Source: Bacilli bacterium (GTDB lineage Bacteria; Bacillota_I; Bacilli_A; RFN20; UBA1709). Taken from it: DNA of 64,000 nucleotides. The stretch spans positions 78,608-142,607 of the forward strand of contig JAXESU010000001.1 of NCBI GenBank assembly GCA_034115825.1, given 5' to 3'. A program made the position numbers and the translations under genes. The notes beneath the pieces were generated by a model that saw nothing but the letters and a program-made list of their open reading frames with translations, had not been told where the DNA came from and made no database searches. Numbering within the stretch: the stretch's first letter is position 1; each line of letters starts with the position of its first letter. Below are positions 20,286-29,535 of the stretch, piece by piece.

Positions 20286-20882
20286 ATGATTTATGGATAT
20301 GTAAGAGTTAGTACAAATAATCAACATATAGATAGACAAGTAGAGTCTTTACTATCTTGGGGTGTTAAGAAATCAAATATTTTAATTGACTATGAATCAG
20401 GAAAAAATTTTGAAAGAAACAATTATAAAAAACTCATTAAAATGCTTAAAAAAAATGATATTATTGTTGTAAAATCAATTGACAGATTAGGGAGAGATTA
20501 TCATATGATAATTGAAGAGTGGGGATTAATTACAAAATCAAAACAAGCCAATATTGTTGTTATAGATATGCCGCTTTTAGACACTAGAGATAAAGGCAAT
20601 AATCTAATAGGAAAATTTATAAGTGATATTGTATTACAAGTTTTATCTTTCGTTGCTCAAAATGAAAGAGAAATTATGAAACTAAGACAAGCTGAAGGAA
20701 TAAAATACGCAAAAGCAAGAGGTGTTAAGTTTGGACGTCCCAAAGTATCTATTCCAAATAATTTTGTAGACATTGCATCAAAATATATTCGACACGAAAT
20801 AACTAGTGATAAAGCGTGCAATATCTTAAATCTAACTAGGGGTACATTTTTTAGAAATTTGAAAATATTGATGAAAAAATAA
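20286..20882 (+). CDS. small serine recombinase (resolvase/invertase family)
   Basis: MIYGYVRVSTNNQHIDRQ includes the catalytic Ser. SIDRLGRD and a C-terminal HTH follow. A strong RBS (AGGAGG) is present, and the gene is divergent from the R-M operon. Confidence 0.9.
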   Translation: MIYGYVRVSTNNQHIDRQVESLLSWGVKKSNILIDYESGKNFERNNYKKLIKMLKKNDIIVVKSIDRLGRDYHMIIEEWGLITKSKQANIVVIDMPLLDTRDKGNNLIGKFISDIVLQVLSFVAQNEREIMKLRQAEGIKYAKARGVKFGRPKVSIPNNFVDIASKYIRHEITSDKACNILNLTRGTFFRNLKILMKK

Positions 20883-21208
20883 GTTTAAAATTATATTTAT
20901 TTTAATATTTAAAAAGACTGAAATTTAAATAATTATCAATCTTATATTCAGATACAACATATTTTAACAATTTTCAACTAGATTTTCAAACTTAAAAAAA
21001 TACTATTTGTATAATCACTTGATGCCCAATTTGTTTTTTAACTTGACCATTCTTCACTAAATAAACTGTCTATTATTTTACAAAAAGCAAGTTTAAATCA
21101 TTTTTTAAAATAGAAAAGTTTAATAATCTAACTCATGATGAATTTGAAAACCACTATTTTGGAATATAAATTACTAAAAAAAGTAATCATTTTACATCAA
21201 TATAAAAA

Positions 21209-21243
21209 AACGAACCATTTCCAAAATAGGGGGTTCGTTTTTC
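21209..21243 (+). terminator. orphan terminator-like hairpin in ORF-free DNA
   Basis: AACGAACC (21209-21216) pairs with GGTTCGTT (21232-21239), followed by a T-run. No plus-strand gene ends nearby. Confidence 0.4.
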
Positions 21244-21500
21244 GTATTCTTTTCAAATGACACTAAACATTAGCCTTAATACTTTCGACACAACTAGAAA
21301 CAAAGGATGTCTTTTTTTGTATTAGTGCGACACCACTAGTTTATTAAAATAACACCTTTGCTTTAATAACTACACCATCATAAAATTATAACAATTGCTA
21401 ATAGATGTATTTTATTCAAACAAACATTATTACTTTTCAATTATTTTATTGACTTTTAAAAACTTCATTATTAAATTAAATTTCTTCAATAAAATGATTC

Positions 21501-22025
21501 TTATACATATTCCAATATTTTTTTATACACAAAATCTTTATTACAATTTAAATTTAATTGATACATTCTAAAATATACTGTAATATTTTTTGGTTGCCAT
21601 TGTTCTTCGTATGTGTAGCAGTATTTCATACCACATGCTTGCATTACAATTCCGCTTCTAGGATTATTTCTATCATGCATTGATGTAATATATGAAATTC
21701 CATCATTTTTGACTTGTTCAATGACAGCTTTAGCTGCTTCAGTAACAATTCCTTTATGCCGGTATTCTGTGCATAGACCATAGTTTAAATTATGAATATC
21801 AATCATATCAATATTAACATAATCTATTGGCATATTATCCTTTTTAAACAAAAGGCTACGCATGCTTTGTATCAAACTTTTTTGTTTTTTCTAAATTTTC
21901 ATTGAATACCAAAATGAAAACTTATTTACTTCTTCATCATTTAAAATTATAAAAAACGTTTCTGAATCATCATCTGCAAATCTTATTAAAATTAATCGTT
22001 TTATTATTAATGTCGGTGTTTTCAT
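21501..22025 (-). pseudogene. GNAT (RimJ/RimL-like) acetyltransferase inactivated by an in-frame TAG
   Basis: The frame opens at the ATG at 22023-22025 (MKTPTLIIKRLILIRFADDDSETFF...WYSMKI). It hits a TAG at 21891-21893, then continues in the same frame into the 124-aa track ORF, which carries the GNAT core. Confidence 0.75.
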
Positions 22026-22050
22026 AACTCTTTCTATTATTATAAGTACC

Positions 22051-22826
22051 TCAATTTAGACTGCATTCATATAGGAACATTTCACAACTATCATTTTTAG
22101 CAATTTCTTTCATAAAAGAAGAATATACTTTTATATTGGTAAAACCAATTTCTTGAAGAATTAAATCCATTTCACCAAATGTATATAAGTGTGTTTGAAA
22201 ATTCATTTCTTCCATTTTTAATATTTTGCCATCATCTACTAATTCATAAATCGATGGTGAAAATTGAGTTTGTGTTTTGATATCATAATAATTTTTTGTT
22301 TTTAAGTATAAATCTAGACCATCATTAGTTTTTACTTTTACATTAACTTTATATTCATCGTCATCAATACATCTATTAAAAATTGTATCAACTGCAAAAA
22401 CAAATTTTCCATTAGGTTTTAAAAAAGATTTAATTTTCAAAAGAGTTTTTTTACATAACTCCATATCAGTAAATAATGACACAGAACCTGATGAAATAAA
22501 TATATAATCATATTTTTCTTCGGTGTTAAATTTTAAAATATCTTCTTGAATTATTCTTGCTTTATTATTTTTTTCTTTAGTTTAGCAAGCATTTCATTAG
22601 ATAGATCAATCCCTGTAATATCAAAGCCATTTTCAATAAATGGAATTAAAAATCTACCACTACCACACAATGGTTCTAAAATTTTTTGTCCTTTTTTAGC
22701 ATACGAAAGATAAAATGCTAGTTCATCATTAGGTGCATGTTTATGTAAAATTTCATACATTTCAGTACATAGACTACCATAATAGTTCTTTTCCATTTTT
22801 AAATTACACTCCTTTTTACAATTCAT
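22051..22826 (-). pseudogene. class I SAM-dependent methyltransferase split by a frameshift in an A7 tract
   Basis: The N-terminal ORF has motif I ILEPLCGSGRFL. The C-terminal ORF frame reads ...IIQEDILKFNTEEKYDYIFISSGSVSLF upstream of its Met. The two frames join if the A7 run at 22568-22574 gains one A. Confidence 0.75.
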
Positions 22827-23003
22827 TTTAAGTTAACACTCATTACTCTATAATTGTATTCTATCATATTTTATAGAATTATAACTGCTCTTTTATATAT
22901 TCATTTAGCAAGTTTCAATAATTTATATTAAAGATAATTGCTTAACTTGTACCATCATAAATTTATTATAATGTTTCGATTTAAATTAATAACTCTTTTA
23001 AAA

Positions 23004-23043
23004 TGTTCAAAAAAAATCTGATACCAACAAGAGTATCAGATTT
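23004..23043 (-). terminator. rho-independent terminator downstream of tRNA-Trp
   Basis: ATCTGATAC / GTATCAGAT-type stem (23016-23041) followed by T8 on the minus strand. Confidence 0.75.
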
Positions 23044-23055
23044 AATGTTTATATA

Positions 23056-23129
23056 TGGCAGGGGTGGTAGGAATCGAACCCACATCAGCGGTTTTGGAGA
23101 CCGACATTTTACCACTAAACTACACCCCT
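23056..23129 (-). tRNA. trnW: tRNA-Trp (anticodon CCA)
   Basis: The 74-nt reverse complement is AGGGGTGTAGTTTAGTGGTAAAATGTCGGTCTCCAAAACCGCTGATGTGGGTTCGATTCCTACCACCCCTGCCA. It folds as a cloverleaf with anticodon loop CTCCAAA, T-loop GGTTCGATTCC and an encoded CCA. Confidence 0.9.
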
Positions 23130-23180
23130 ATTGATAAAAGCATAAGTATTTTACCATTTATCTATAGGGATTTCAAGCAC

Positions 23181-25043
23181 TTATTCGACATTTGCCAAAT
23201 ATTCTTCTTCTAAATGTCGAAGTTCATTTTCTTTAGTTAAAATATCATCTTCTAACGCTTCTAATTTAGGGCGATTCATATAATACTCTTCCTCTTCTAG
23301 AAGTGAATTTAAATGCTCTAATTCTTCTTCAATTTTAGCTATTTTTTCTTCTAGCTTTTTAATATTTACTTTAGTAGGTTTTTTACTCTTTTCTTTGGTA
23401 GTTTCTTGTTTAATTTCAACTACTTCTTTTTTTAGATTAACTTGCTTTTTATTTCGTTCAATAAAGTGCTGATAATCATCTTCAAACACTTCGATTTCAC
23501 CATTTTTAAGACTGATTAGTCTAGTAGCTAATTCTTCAATAAAATATCGATCATGGGAAACAAAAATAATTGTTCCTTGATATTCTTGAAGAGCAGACTC
23601 TAAAACTTTACGTGTTTCAATGTCAAGATGGTTTGTTGGTTCATCTAAAAGTAAAATATCATATTTTTTAAGTACTAATTTTGCGAATGATAATCTTACT
23701 TTTTCACCACCACTTAACTCATTTACTGTTTTAAAAACATCATCTTGTCGAAATAAAAACGATCCTAAATGGTGTCTTATTTCATAATTAGCCATATTTT
23801 CGTAAAATGAATGAAAATAATCAAAGACACTTAGTTCACTATCAATTTGAATTTGATTTTGATCAATATATCCGATTTTTAAATTTCGATGCTTATGTAA
23901 TACTCCACTTAGTGGTTTATAAAATTCACCAATCGTTTTTAATAATGTTGTTTTACCTGTTCCATTATTACCGATGATACCGATTTTATCACCATAAAAA
24001 ACCGTCAATGATAATGGTGTTGTTAGTGGCCTATTATAGCCGAAAGTGAGTTGATCTAAAGTTACTTGTTTTACTTTTCCCATCTCTAATGATTGAATAT
24101 TAAAATGAACTTTAGGAGAATATTCCTTAGGGCGTTCAAGTTTATTTTCCATTATTCTTGCGAGTTTTTTTTCTCTATCTTTTGCTAATCCAACTTTAGT
24201 AGGTTTTGGCTTAAAGCGGGCTATTAAACTCTTTAAATGTTCAATTTCTTTCTCTTGTAAATTATATTCTTGTAAACGTCTTTCAAATCGAAGGACTTTT
24301 TCATTTAGATAATACGAGTAATTGCCACGATAGAATTCACCACTCTTATTAGCGATTTCAAATATACAATTACAGACGTTATCAATAAAATATCGATCGT
24401 GCGAAACAATAATTACTGCTCCATCATAATTATGCAAATATTCTTCAAGCCACTCAATTGTTTCAACATCAAGATGGTTGGTTGGTTCATCAAGAATTAA
24501 TATATCGGGATGACTTAATAATAGTTTAGTAAAAGCAATTTTATTTCTTTCACCACCACTAAATGAGCCTATTGTTCGATTATAATCTTCACTACTAAAA
24601 CCAAATTTTGATATCATCAAATCAATTAAATAATGATAATTATAACCGCCTAAATTATTGAAACGATTTTCAACATTACCATATTTTTTTAATAAACTTT
24701 CATTATTAGGATCAGTTGCTAATTGGTTCATAATTTCTTGTAATTCATGTTCCAAATCAATAACGTCTTGAAAGCTTATTAGCATTTCTTCCATTAAAGT
24801 ATTGTCGAAAGAATGAATCATAACTTGAGATAGATAACCAATTGTTTTTCCGTTTTGAAGGTGAATAGTTCCCGAATCAATCGGGATCTCATTTAACACC
24901 ATTTTTAGAAGTGTTGTTTTACCTGCTCCATTTTGACCAATTAATCCTAACTTATCTTCGCTATTTAATGAGAATGATAGATTATCAAACAAAACATTAC
25001 CATTAAACTCTTTTTTTAGATTTTTGACTTCCAAAAGGGCCAT
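23181..25043 (-). CDS. ABC-F family ATPase (translation-associated, no TM domain)
   Basis: 620 aa with two NBDs (GQNGAGKTT and GNNGTGKTT; signatures FSGGERNK and LSGGEKVR). It has an inter-domain linker and a charged C-terminal coiled-coil tail. Confidence 0.85.
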   Translation of the reverse strand: MALLEVKNLKKEFNGNVLFDNLSFSLNSEDKLGLIGQNGAGKTTLLKMVLNEIPIDSGTIHLQNGKTIGYLSQVMIHSFDNTLMEEMLISFQDVIDLEHELQEIMNQLATDPNNESLLKKYGNVENRFNNLGGYNYHYLIDLMISKFGFSSEDYNRTIGSFSGGERNKIAFTKLLLSHPDILILDEPTNHLDVETIEWLEEYLHNYDGAVIIVSHDRYFIDNVCNCIFEIANKSGEFYRGNYSYYLNEKVLRFERRLQEYNLQEKEIEHLKSLIARFKPKPTKVGLAKDREKKLARIMENKLERPKEYSPKVHFNIQSLEMGKVKQVTLDQLTFGYNRPLTTPLSLTVFYGDKIGIIGNNGTGKTTLLKTIGEFYKPLSGVLHKHRNLKIGYIDQNQIQIDSELSVFDYFHSFYENMANYEIRHHLGSFLFRQDDVFKTVNELSGGEKVRLSFAKLVLKKYDILLLDEPTNHLDIETRKVLESALQEYQGTIIFVSHDRYFIEELATRLISLKNGEIEVFEDDYQHFIERNKKQVNLKKEVVEIKQETTKEKSKKPTKVNIKKLEEKIAKIEEELEHLNSLLEEEEYYMNRPKLEALEDDILTKENELRHLEEEYLANVE

Positions 25044-25071
25044 TTTTCATTCCTCCTTTCAATAAATAAGC

Positions 25072-25099
25072 AAAAAAATGCCCCCTTTAAAAGGGAGCT
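25072..25099 (-). terminator. rho-independent terminator after the ACP gene
   Basis: The minus strand reads GCTCCCTTTTAAAGGGGGC followed by ATTTTTTT. Confidence 0.75.
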
Positions 25100-25104
25100 A
25101 GTAA

Positions 25105-25326
25105 TTACTTTTTAGATTCAATAGCTTTTACTACATCATCAACAGTAACAAATTTATTTAATTCATCATTTTCGAATTGAATACCAAATTGTTCTTCAAT
25201 ATCCATAATGATTTCTACTAAGTCTAATGAATCAATACCTAAACTTCTTAATTCTGATTCACTTTTAATATCACTAACGCTTGCCTTTTCTTTTAAAATT
25301 TTTACAAATTGTTCAAATGTGTTCAT
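25105..25326 (-). CDS. acyl carrier protein (phosphopantetheine-binding)
   Basis: 73 aa and acidic. GIDSLDLVEIIMDIEEQFG carries the DSL attachment-serine motif. No fab or NRPS/PKS genes are nearby. Confidence 0.8.
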   Translation of the reverse strand: MNTFEQFVKILKEKASVSDIKSESELRSLGIDSLDLVEIIMDIEEQFGIQFENDELNKFVTVDDVVKAIESKK

Positions 25327-25362
25327 AATTTCACCTTCTTTACGGCTCTATTATAACAAAAA

Positions 25363-25680
25363 TCATTTATTTAGTCTAGAAAAAACATACGTTTGTTGTT
25401 TCTTACAATCTAATTCAATCACAAATAAGATAACATGTTTTTTACATAATTCATAAGTCACTTGATTATCAGTATCAAATGAATATGAAATCTTTATCCC
25501 TTTTTTATTTAATTGTTCTATAAGTTCTTGATCAATTTTTTTATTTTTTTCCAAATAATTAATTACCTCTATATTTTTATTATTAAGAATGCTTTGATAA
25601 TAAAAATGTCTTAATACTTCACTTCCGATTAAAATAATTATTCCTAATATGATATATTTCTTTTTAAATTTTAAATCCAT
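25363..25680 (-). CDS. hypothetical N-terminally membrane-anchored protein
   Basis: 105 aa with one TM helix (YIILGIIILIGS). It is the last gene of the coupled 27962-25363 operon and has no recognisable motif. Confidence 0.5.
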   Translation of the reverse strand: MDLKFKKKYIILGIIILIGSEVLRHFYYQSILNNKNIEVINYLEKNKKIDQELIEQLNKKGIKISYSFDTDNQVTYELCKKHVILFVIELDCKKQQTYVFSRLNK

Positions 25681-26492
25681 ATAAAAATCAACAAATTTAT
25701 TAATAATAGAAATAAGGAATAATTAATTCTAATTTTTGGTTTAATGACAATTTTTTCATTATCAATGATATAACCTTTTTCATCAAAATTTAATCGATCA
25801 TCCTCAATCGATAATATTTCCATACAATTTTTATGAAAACAAAGACTTTGTAAATCATAGTATGAAGTATCAATTTTAATTTTTTTAATTAATTCTATTC
25901 TAAAGTATAATAAATATAAAAAATCAATTAAAAGAAACACAAAAACAATTAACTGTAATTTGTCATATAAATAATAAAAATAATAAATATTATTAAATCT
26001 AAATATAATAATAGGGATAATAGCTAAAATTATCATAATAACGACAATCAAGTATTGAATCGTATCATTTCGATATTGTCTTTTTTGGTTAATCTTTAAG
26101 TTATCCATTTTTCCTTTCTGATTTTTATAAAAATGAATACTATCTTTTTGAGTATAAACTAAACTATTTTCAAATAATTTTATTAATTGATAATTATCAT
26201 ATTTTAAATATTTTTTTAATCTTTCGTCAAGAGATAAGTCTGTGAAATAATTTATCGAATCAAAATATCTTCTTATTACATCTTTACTATTTATTTCATC
26301 ATTTTCTAGTATATATTCGATAATTTTAATATAATTTTGATCAATATTGTTTTGTAAAGGAATATTTACCCAATTTATGATAAAAAAGATAAATGCTAAA
26401 TAACGATTATCCAACAAATACTGAGCTAAGTATAAAAATATAATATTAATTATCATCATAACGACAAATCGCAAAACTCTTTGTTTGACCAT
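25671..26492 (-). CDS. hypothetical polytopic membrane protein
   Basis: 273 aa with at least 5 hydrophobic segments. It overlaps both neighbouring genes. Confidence 0.5.
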   Translation of the reverse strand: MVKQRVLRFVVMMIINIIFLYLAQYLLDNRYLAFIFFIINWVNIPLQNNIDQNYIKIIEYILENDEINSKDVIRRYFDSINYFTDLSLDERLKKYLKYDNYQLIKLFENSLVYTQKDSIHFYKNQKGKMDNLKINQKRQYRNDTIQYLIVVIMIILAIIPIIIFRFNNIYYFYYLYDKLQLIVFVFLLIDFLYLLYFRIELIKKIKIDTSYYDLQSLCFHKNCMEILSIEDDRLNFDEKGYIIDNEKIVIKPKIRINYSLFLLLINLLIFIWI

Positions 26493-26811
26493 TTATTACT
26501 ATTTTTATTTTCTCTTTATCAACGCTAACTTGATAATTAACATTAATATTATTTAACTCAAATAATTGTTGTAAGTTGTATTGAACTTTATTTTTATCAA
26601 ATACAAGTTTTTCATCAATAATATATGTTTCTTCATCAATTGATCGTTCAAGTAAATCGGTGTTAATTAGAGCTAATGCTGTTTTAGTATCATTATTTTT
26701 TAAAATGAAAACAAAAACTAGATTTAATATAAGAAAAAACAATATCATTCCAATTATTAACTTATTTTGTTTAATTAATTTCTTTAATATAGTAATATCC
26801 ATTTTCACCAA
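26446..26811 (-). CDS. hypothetical membrane-anchored protein
   Basis: 121 aa with one TM helix (LIIGMILFFLILNLVFVFIL). It overlaps its neighbours, and the true start is uncertain. Confidence 0.45.
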   Translation of the reverse strand: MVKMDITILKKLIKQNKLIIGMILFFLILNLVFVFILKNNDTKTALALINTDLLERSIDEETYIIDEKLVFDKNKVQYNLQQLFELNNINVNYQVSVDKEKIKIVINGQTKSFAICRYDDN

Positions 26812-27640
26812 AAAAGTTCTTCTCCTTAACTAATAAGTCAATAATTAAATTATATTTATTATCAATACATTTCTCGATTATCAAGTATCCTTCACTAGCT
26901 AATTCACTATTTTTGCTTAAAATTAATTTATTAGTTGTCATTCCATTATTTGGCATTTCATTAACCATTACTTGTTTTTCAAAATCATAATATAACTTAT
27001 CTTTCAAAGACAAACTTATAACATTATTGCTATAACTTAATTTAACAGGAACACGATAAAAACCTTCTTTAATTTCAAATGGACCATTTTCAAAACCTTG
27101 ATTCAACAATAAATATGCCTCATAATTATCAGTGATATCTTCTTCGATATCCTGTTCAACATTAATTTTCATTTTTGAAATATCAATAATTCGTGGTTTA
27201 TCTAATATTTTTAAATTTTCTAAATAATATTTATTATATTTATAATACTCAATATCATTTACTAAATCATATTTTACTTCAACCACTTTATTGTAGCCAT
27301 CTAATAAAGTTATATTAATATCATTCATATTATTAAATTGATACATGTTTATTGAAGCTTCATACACAACTTCATTATTTTCCATTATTTCAATATAAAT
27401 TTTATCATATTCAATTTGTTTTAAAGGCAAAATAATTTCATCTTCTTCGTGAAAATACAAATAATCGTAATATGTGCTTAAAATAAAATTACCATCTTCA
27501 TAATAGCTTATATATACTTTTGATAAACCATTCCCACCTTTAATACAAAGAATTATATTATCTTTCTTTTGATTATATTGAATAGAAGATATACTTACCA
27601 ACAATGAAACAAATAAATAGATTAAATTATAAATTTTCAA
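26771..27640 (-). CDS. hypothetical secreted protein
   Basis: 289 aa with a signal-peptide-like N-terminus (MKIYNLIYLFVSLLVSISSIQ). No recognisable family. Confidence 0.5.
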   Translation of the reverse strand: MKIYNLIYLFVSLLVSISSIQYNQKKDNIILCIKGGNGLSKVYISYYEDGNFILSTYYDYLYFHEEDEIILPLKQIEYDKIYIEIMENNEVVYEASINMYQFNNMNDINITLLDGYNKVVEVKYDLVNDIEYYKYNKYYLENLKILDKPRIIDISKMKINVEQDIEEDITDNYEAYLLLNQGFENGPFEIKEGFYRVPVKLSYSNNVISLSLKDKLYYDFEKQVMVNEMPNNGMTTNKLILSKNSELASEGYLIIEKCIDNKYNLIIDLLVKEKNFFGENGYYYIKEIN

Positions 27641-27962
27641 GTCGTTTAAAGTTTTTCATAAATTGTTCACACGCTTTTTCTCGATGACGATAATAGGTAC
27701 TACGCGACATAGTTCCGATATACCAATAAGTATCTTCACTATCAAGATCTTTTTGAAAAATATCTCTTAATTTATCATCTAATAATGCTAGACTACATTC
27801 AAAATTAAAAACATATTTTTTTCGTACACCAATTTCATTACTAAGATTAGTTGAATCATGTAATATATTAATTCCATGTTCAGTATATGCAATAAACCTT
27901 TTACACTCTTTATAATTCAAGATGATGTCTTTTATTGCTTTAATAGGGCTTTTTTCTTTCAT
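27627..27962 (-). CDS. small putative HTH regulator (sigma-70 region-4 / ArpU-RinA-like C-terminus)
   Basis: 111 aa. The C-terminal YIGTMSRSTYYRHREKACEQF resembles the HTH of small phage-type sigma-like activators. It is the first gene of the operon and has an AGGAGG RBS. Confidence 0.4.
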   Translation of the reverse strand: MKEKSPIKAIKDIILNYKECKRFIAYTEHGINILHDSTNLSNEIGVRKKYVFNFECSLALLDDKLRDIFQKDLDSEDTYWYIGTMSRSTYYRHREKACEQFMKNFKRLENL

Positions 27963-28049
27963 ATTTATTTCCTCCTTTATAAAAATTATAGTAAAAAGGA
28001 AACTATTATTTTCCCATCTTTATCGCACATAATCACCTTTTTTAGCAAA

Positions 28050-28084
28050 ATAAAAACCTTAGAAGAAGGAACTTCTAAGGTTAA
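28050..28084 (-). terminator. rho-independent terminator of proS
   Basis: AACCTTAGAAG / CTTCTAAGGTT stem followed by TTTTATTTT on the minus strand. Confidence 0.75.
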
Positions 28085-28094
28085 TATAATTATA

Positions 28095-29525
28095 TTAATA
28101 AGCTTTAGCAAATAAAACCATTTTAGTGGCTTTTTTACCACATACAGGGCAAACATCACCTAAATGTTCTTGATTAAATGGAATACATCTAGAAGTAGCT
28201 GTTGTATCTTCTTTAATCTTGTTTTCACAAGCTTCATCACCACACCACATCATTTTAACATATCCACTTTGTTCATTAATGATTTGTTTAAATTGTTCAT
28301 ATGTTGTAGCAACTCTTGTTGAATCTAAGACAAATTTTAAAGCTTTAGCATACATTTCGTCATGCATTTTCTTTAAATATGTGTCAATGTTATTAGTTAA
28401 TTCATCTAATGATACAGTAAGTTTTTCTCTAGTATGTCTAAAAACAACTGTAGCTTGATTGTTTTCTAAATCACGAGGACCAAGTTCAATTCTTAAAGGA
28501 ACACCCTTCATTTCATATTCAGCAAATTTCCAACCAGGAGTGCGATCACTAACATCTAATTTAACACGATATTTTGTTTTTAATGTTTCATACAATTCTT
28601 CACATTTTTTACTTACACCTGGCTTATTCATTTGAATTGGAACAATAACAATTTGCATTGGTGCAACATATGGAGGTAAAACCATTCCATCATCATCACC
28701 ATGAACCATAATAATCGCACCTAAAAGTCTTGTAGATACACCCCATGATGTTTGATGAACATAAGCTAATTTACCTTGTCTATCTTGGAACTTAATACCA
28801 AATGCTTCAGCAAAGCCTGTACCAAAATAGTGAGTTGTACCACTTTGTAAAGCTTTACCATCATGCATTAAAGCTTCAACTGTATAAGTATCAACTGCTC
28901 CAGCAAATTTTTCTTTAGGTGTTTTTTGACCAGTTATAAAAGGAATAGCTAATAAGTTTTTACCCATCTTTTCATAACAATCAAGCATTGCTAATGTTTC
29001 ATGTCTTGCTTCTTGTTCAGTTTCATGAATAGTATGACCTTCTTGCCATAAAAATTCTTTTCCTCTTAAGAAAGGACGTGTTGTTTTTTCCCAGCGAACA
29101 ACTGAACACCATTGATTATATTTTTTTGGTAAATCACGATATGAATTAACAATTTTAGCATAGTGCTGACAGAATAATGTCTCAGAAGTTGGGCGAACGA
29201 TTAGTGGATCTTCTAAAGTTTCTTTTCCACCTGTTGTAACAATTGCGCATTCTGGTGCAAATCCTTCAACGTGATCCTTTTCCTTTTGGAATAAAGAAGT
29301 TGGAATGACCATAGGCATATAAACATTTTCATGTCCTGTTTCCTTGAACTTTTTGTCTAAATATTGTTGAATTAACTCCCAAATTGCATAACCATATGGA
29401 CGATAAATAATAAATCCTTTTGCATCACTATAATCCATTAATTCTGCTTTTTTACAAACATCAGTATACCATTGTGCAAAATCAACATCCCTTGATGTAA
29501 TTGCACTAACTTTTTTATTTTCCAT
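28095..29525 (-). CDS. proS: proline--tRNA ligase (archaeal/eukaryote-like type, no editing insertion)
   Basis: 476 aa. Sequence includes ...[35 protein letters not shown]..., class II motifs, and a C-terminal Zn-binding-like CGDEAC...CPVCG. Confidence 0.9.
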   Translation of the reverse strand: MENKKVSAITSRDVDFAQWYTDVCKKAELMDYSDAKGFIIYRPYGYAIWELIQQYLDKKFKETGHENVYMPMVIPTSLFQKEKDHVEGFAPECAIVTTGGKETLEDPLIVRPTSETLFCQHYAKIVNSYRDLPKKYNQWCSVVRWEKTTRPFLRGKEFLWQEGHTIHETEQEARHETLAMLDCYEKMGKNLLAIPFITGQKTPKEKFAGAVDTYTVEALMHDGKALQSGTTHYFGTGFAEAFGIKFQDRQGKLAYVHQTSWGVSTRLLGAIIMVHGDDDGMVLPPYVAPMQIVIVPIQMNKPGVSKKCEELYETLKTKYRVKLDVSDRTPGWKFAEYEMKGVPLRIELGPRDLENNQATVVFRHTREKLTVSLDELTNNIDTYLKKMHDEMYAKALKFVLDSTRVATTYEQFKQIINEQSGYVKMMWCGDEACENKIKEDTTATSRCIPFNQEHLGDVCPVCGKKATKMVLFAKAY

Positions 29526-29535
29526 TTTTACTCTC

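Noticed and set aside
29526-29535. T-box leader upstream of proS
   Set aside because: Only 10 nt separate proS from the preceding gene, so there is no room for a T-box. The region upstream of 31260 is ~60 nt, with only a promoter-like extended -10.
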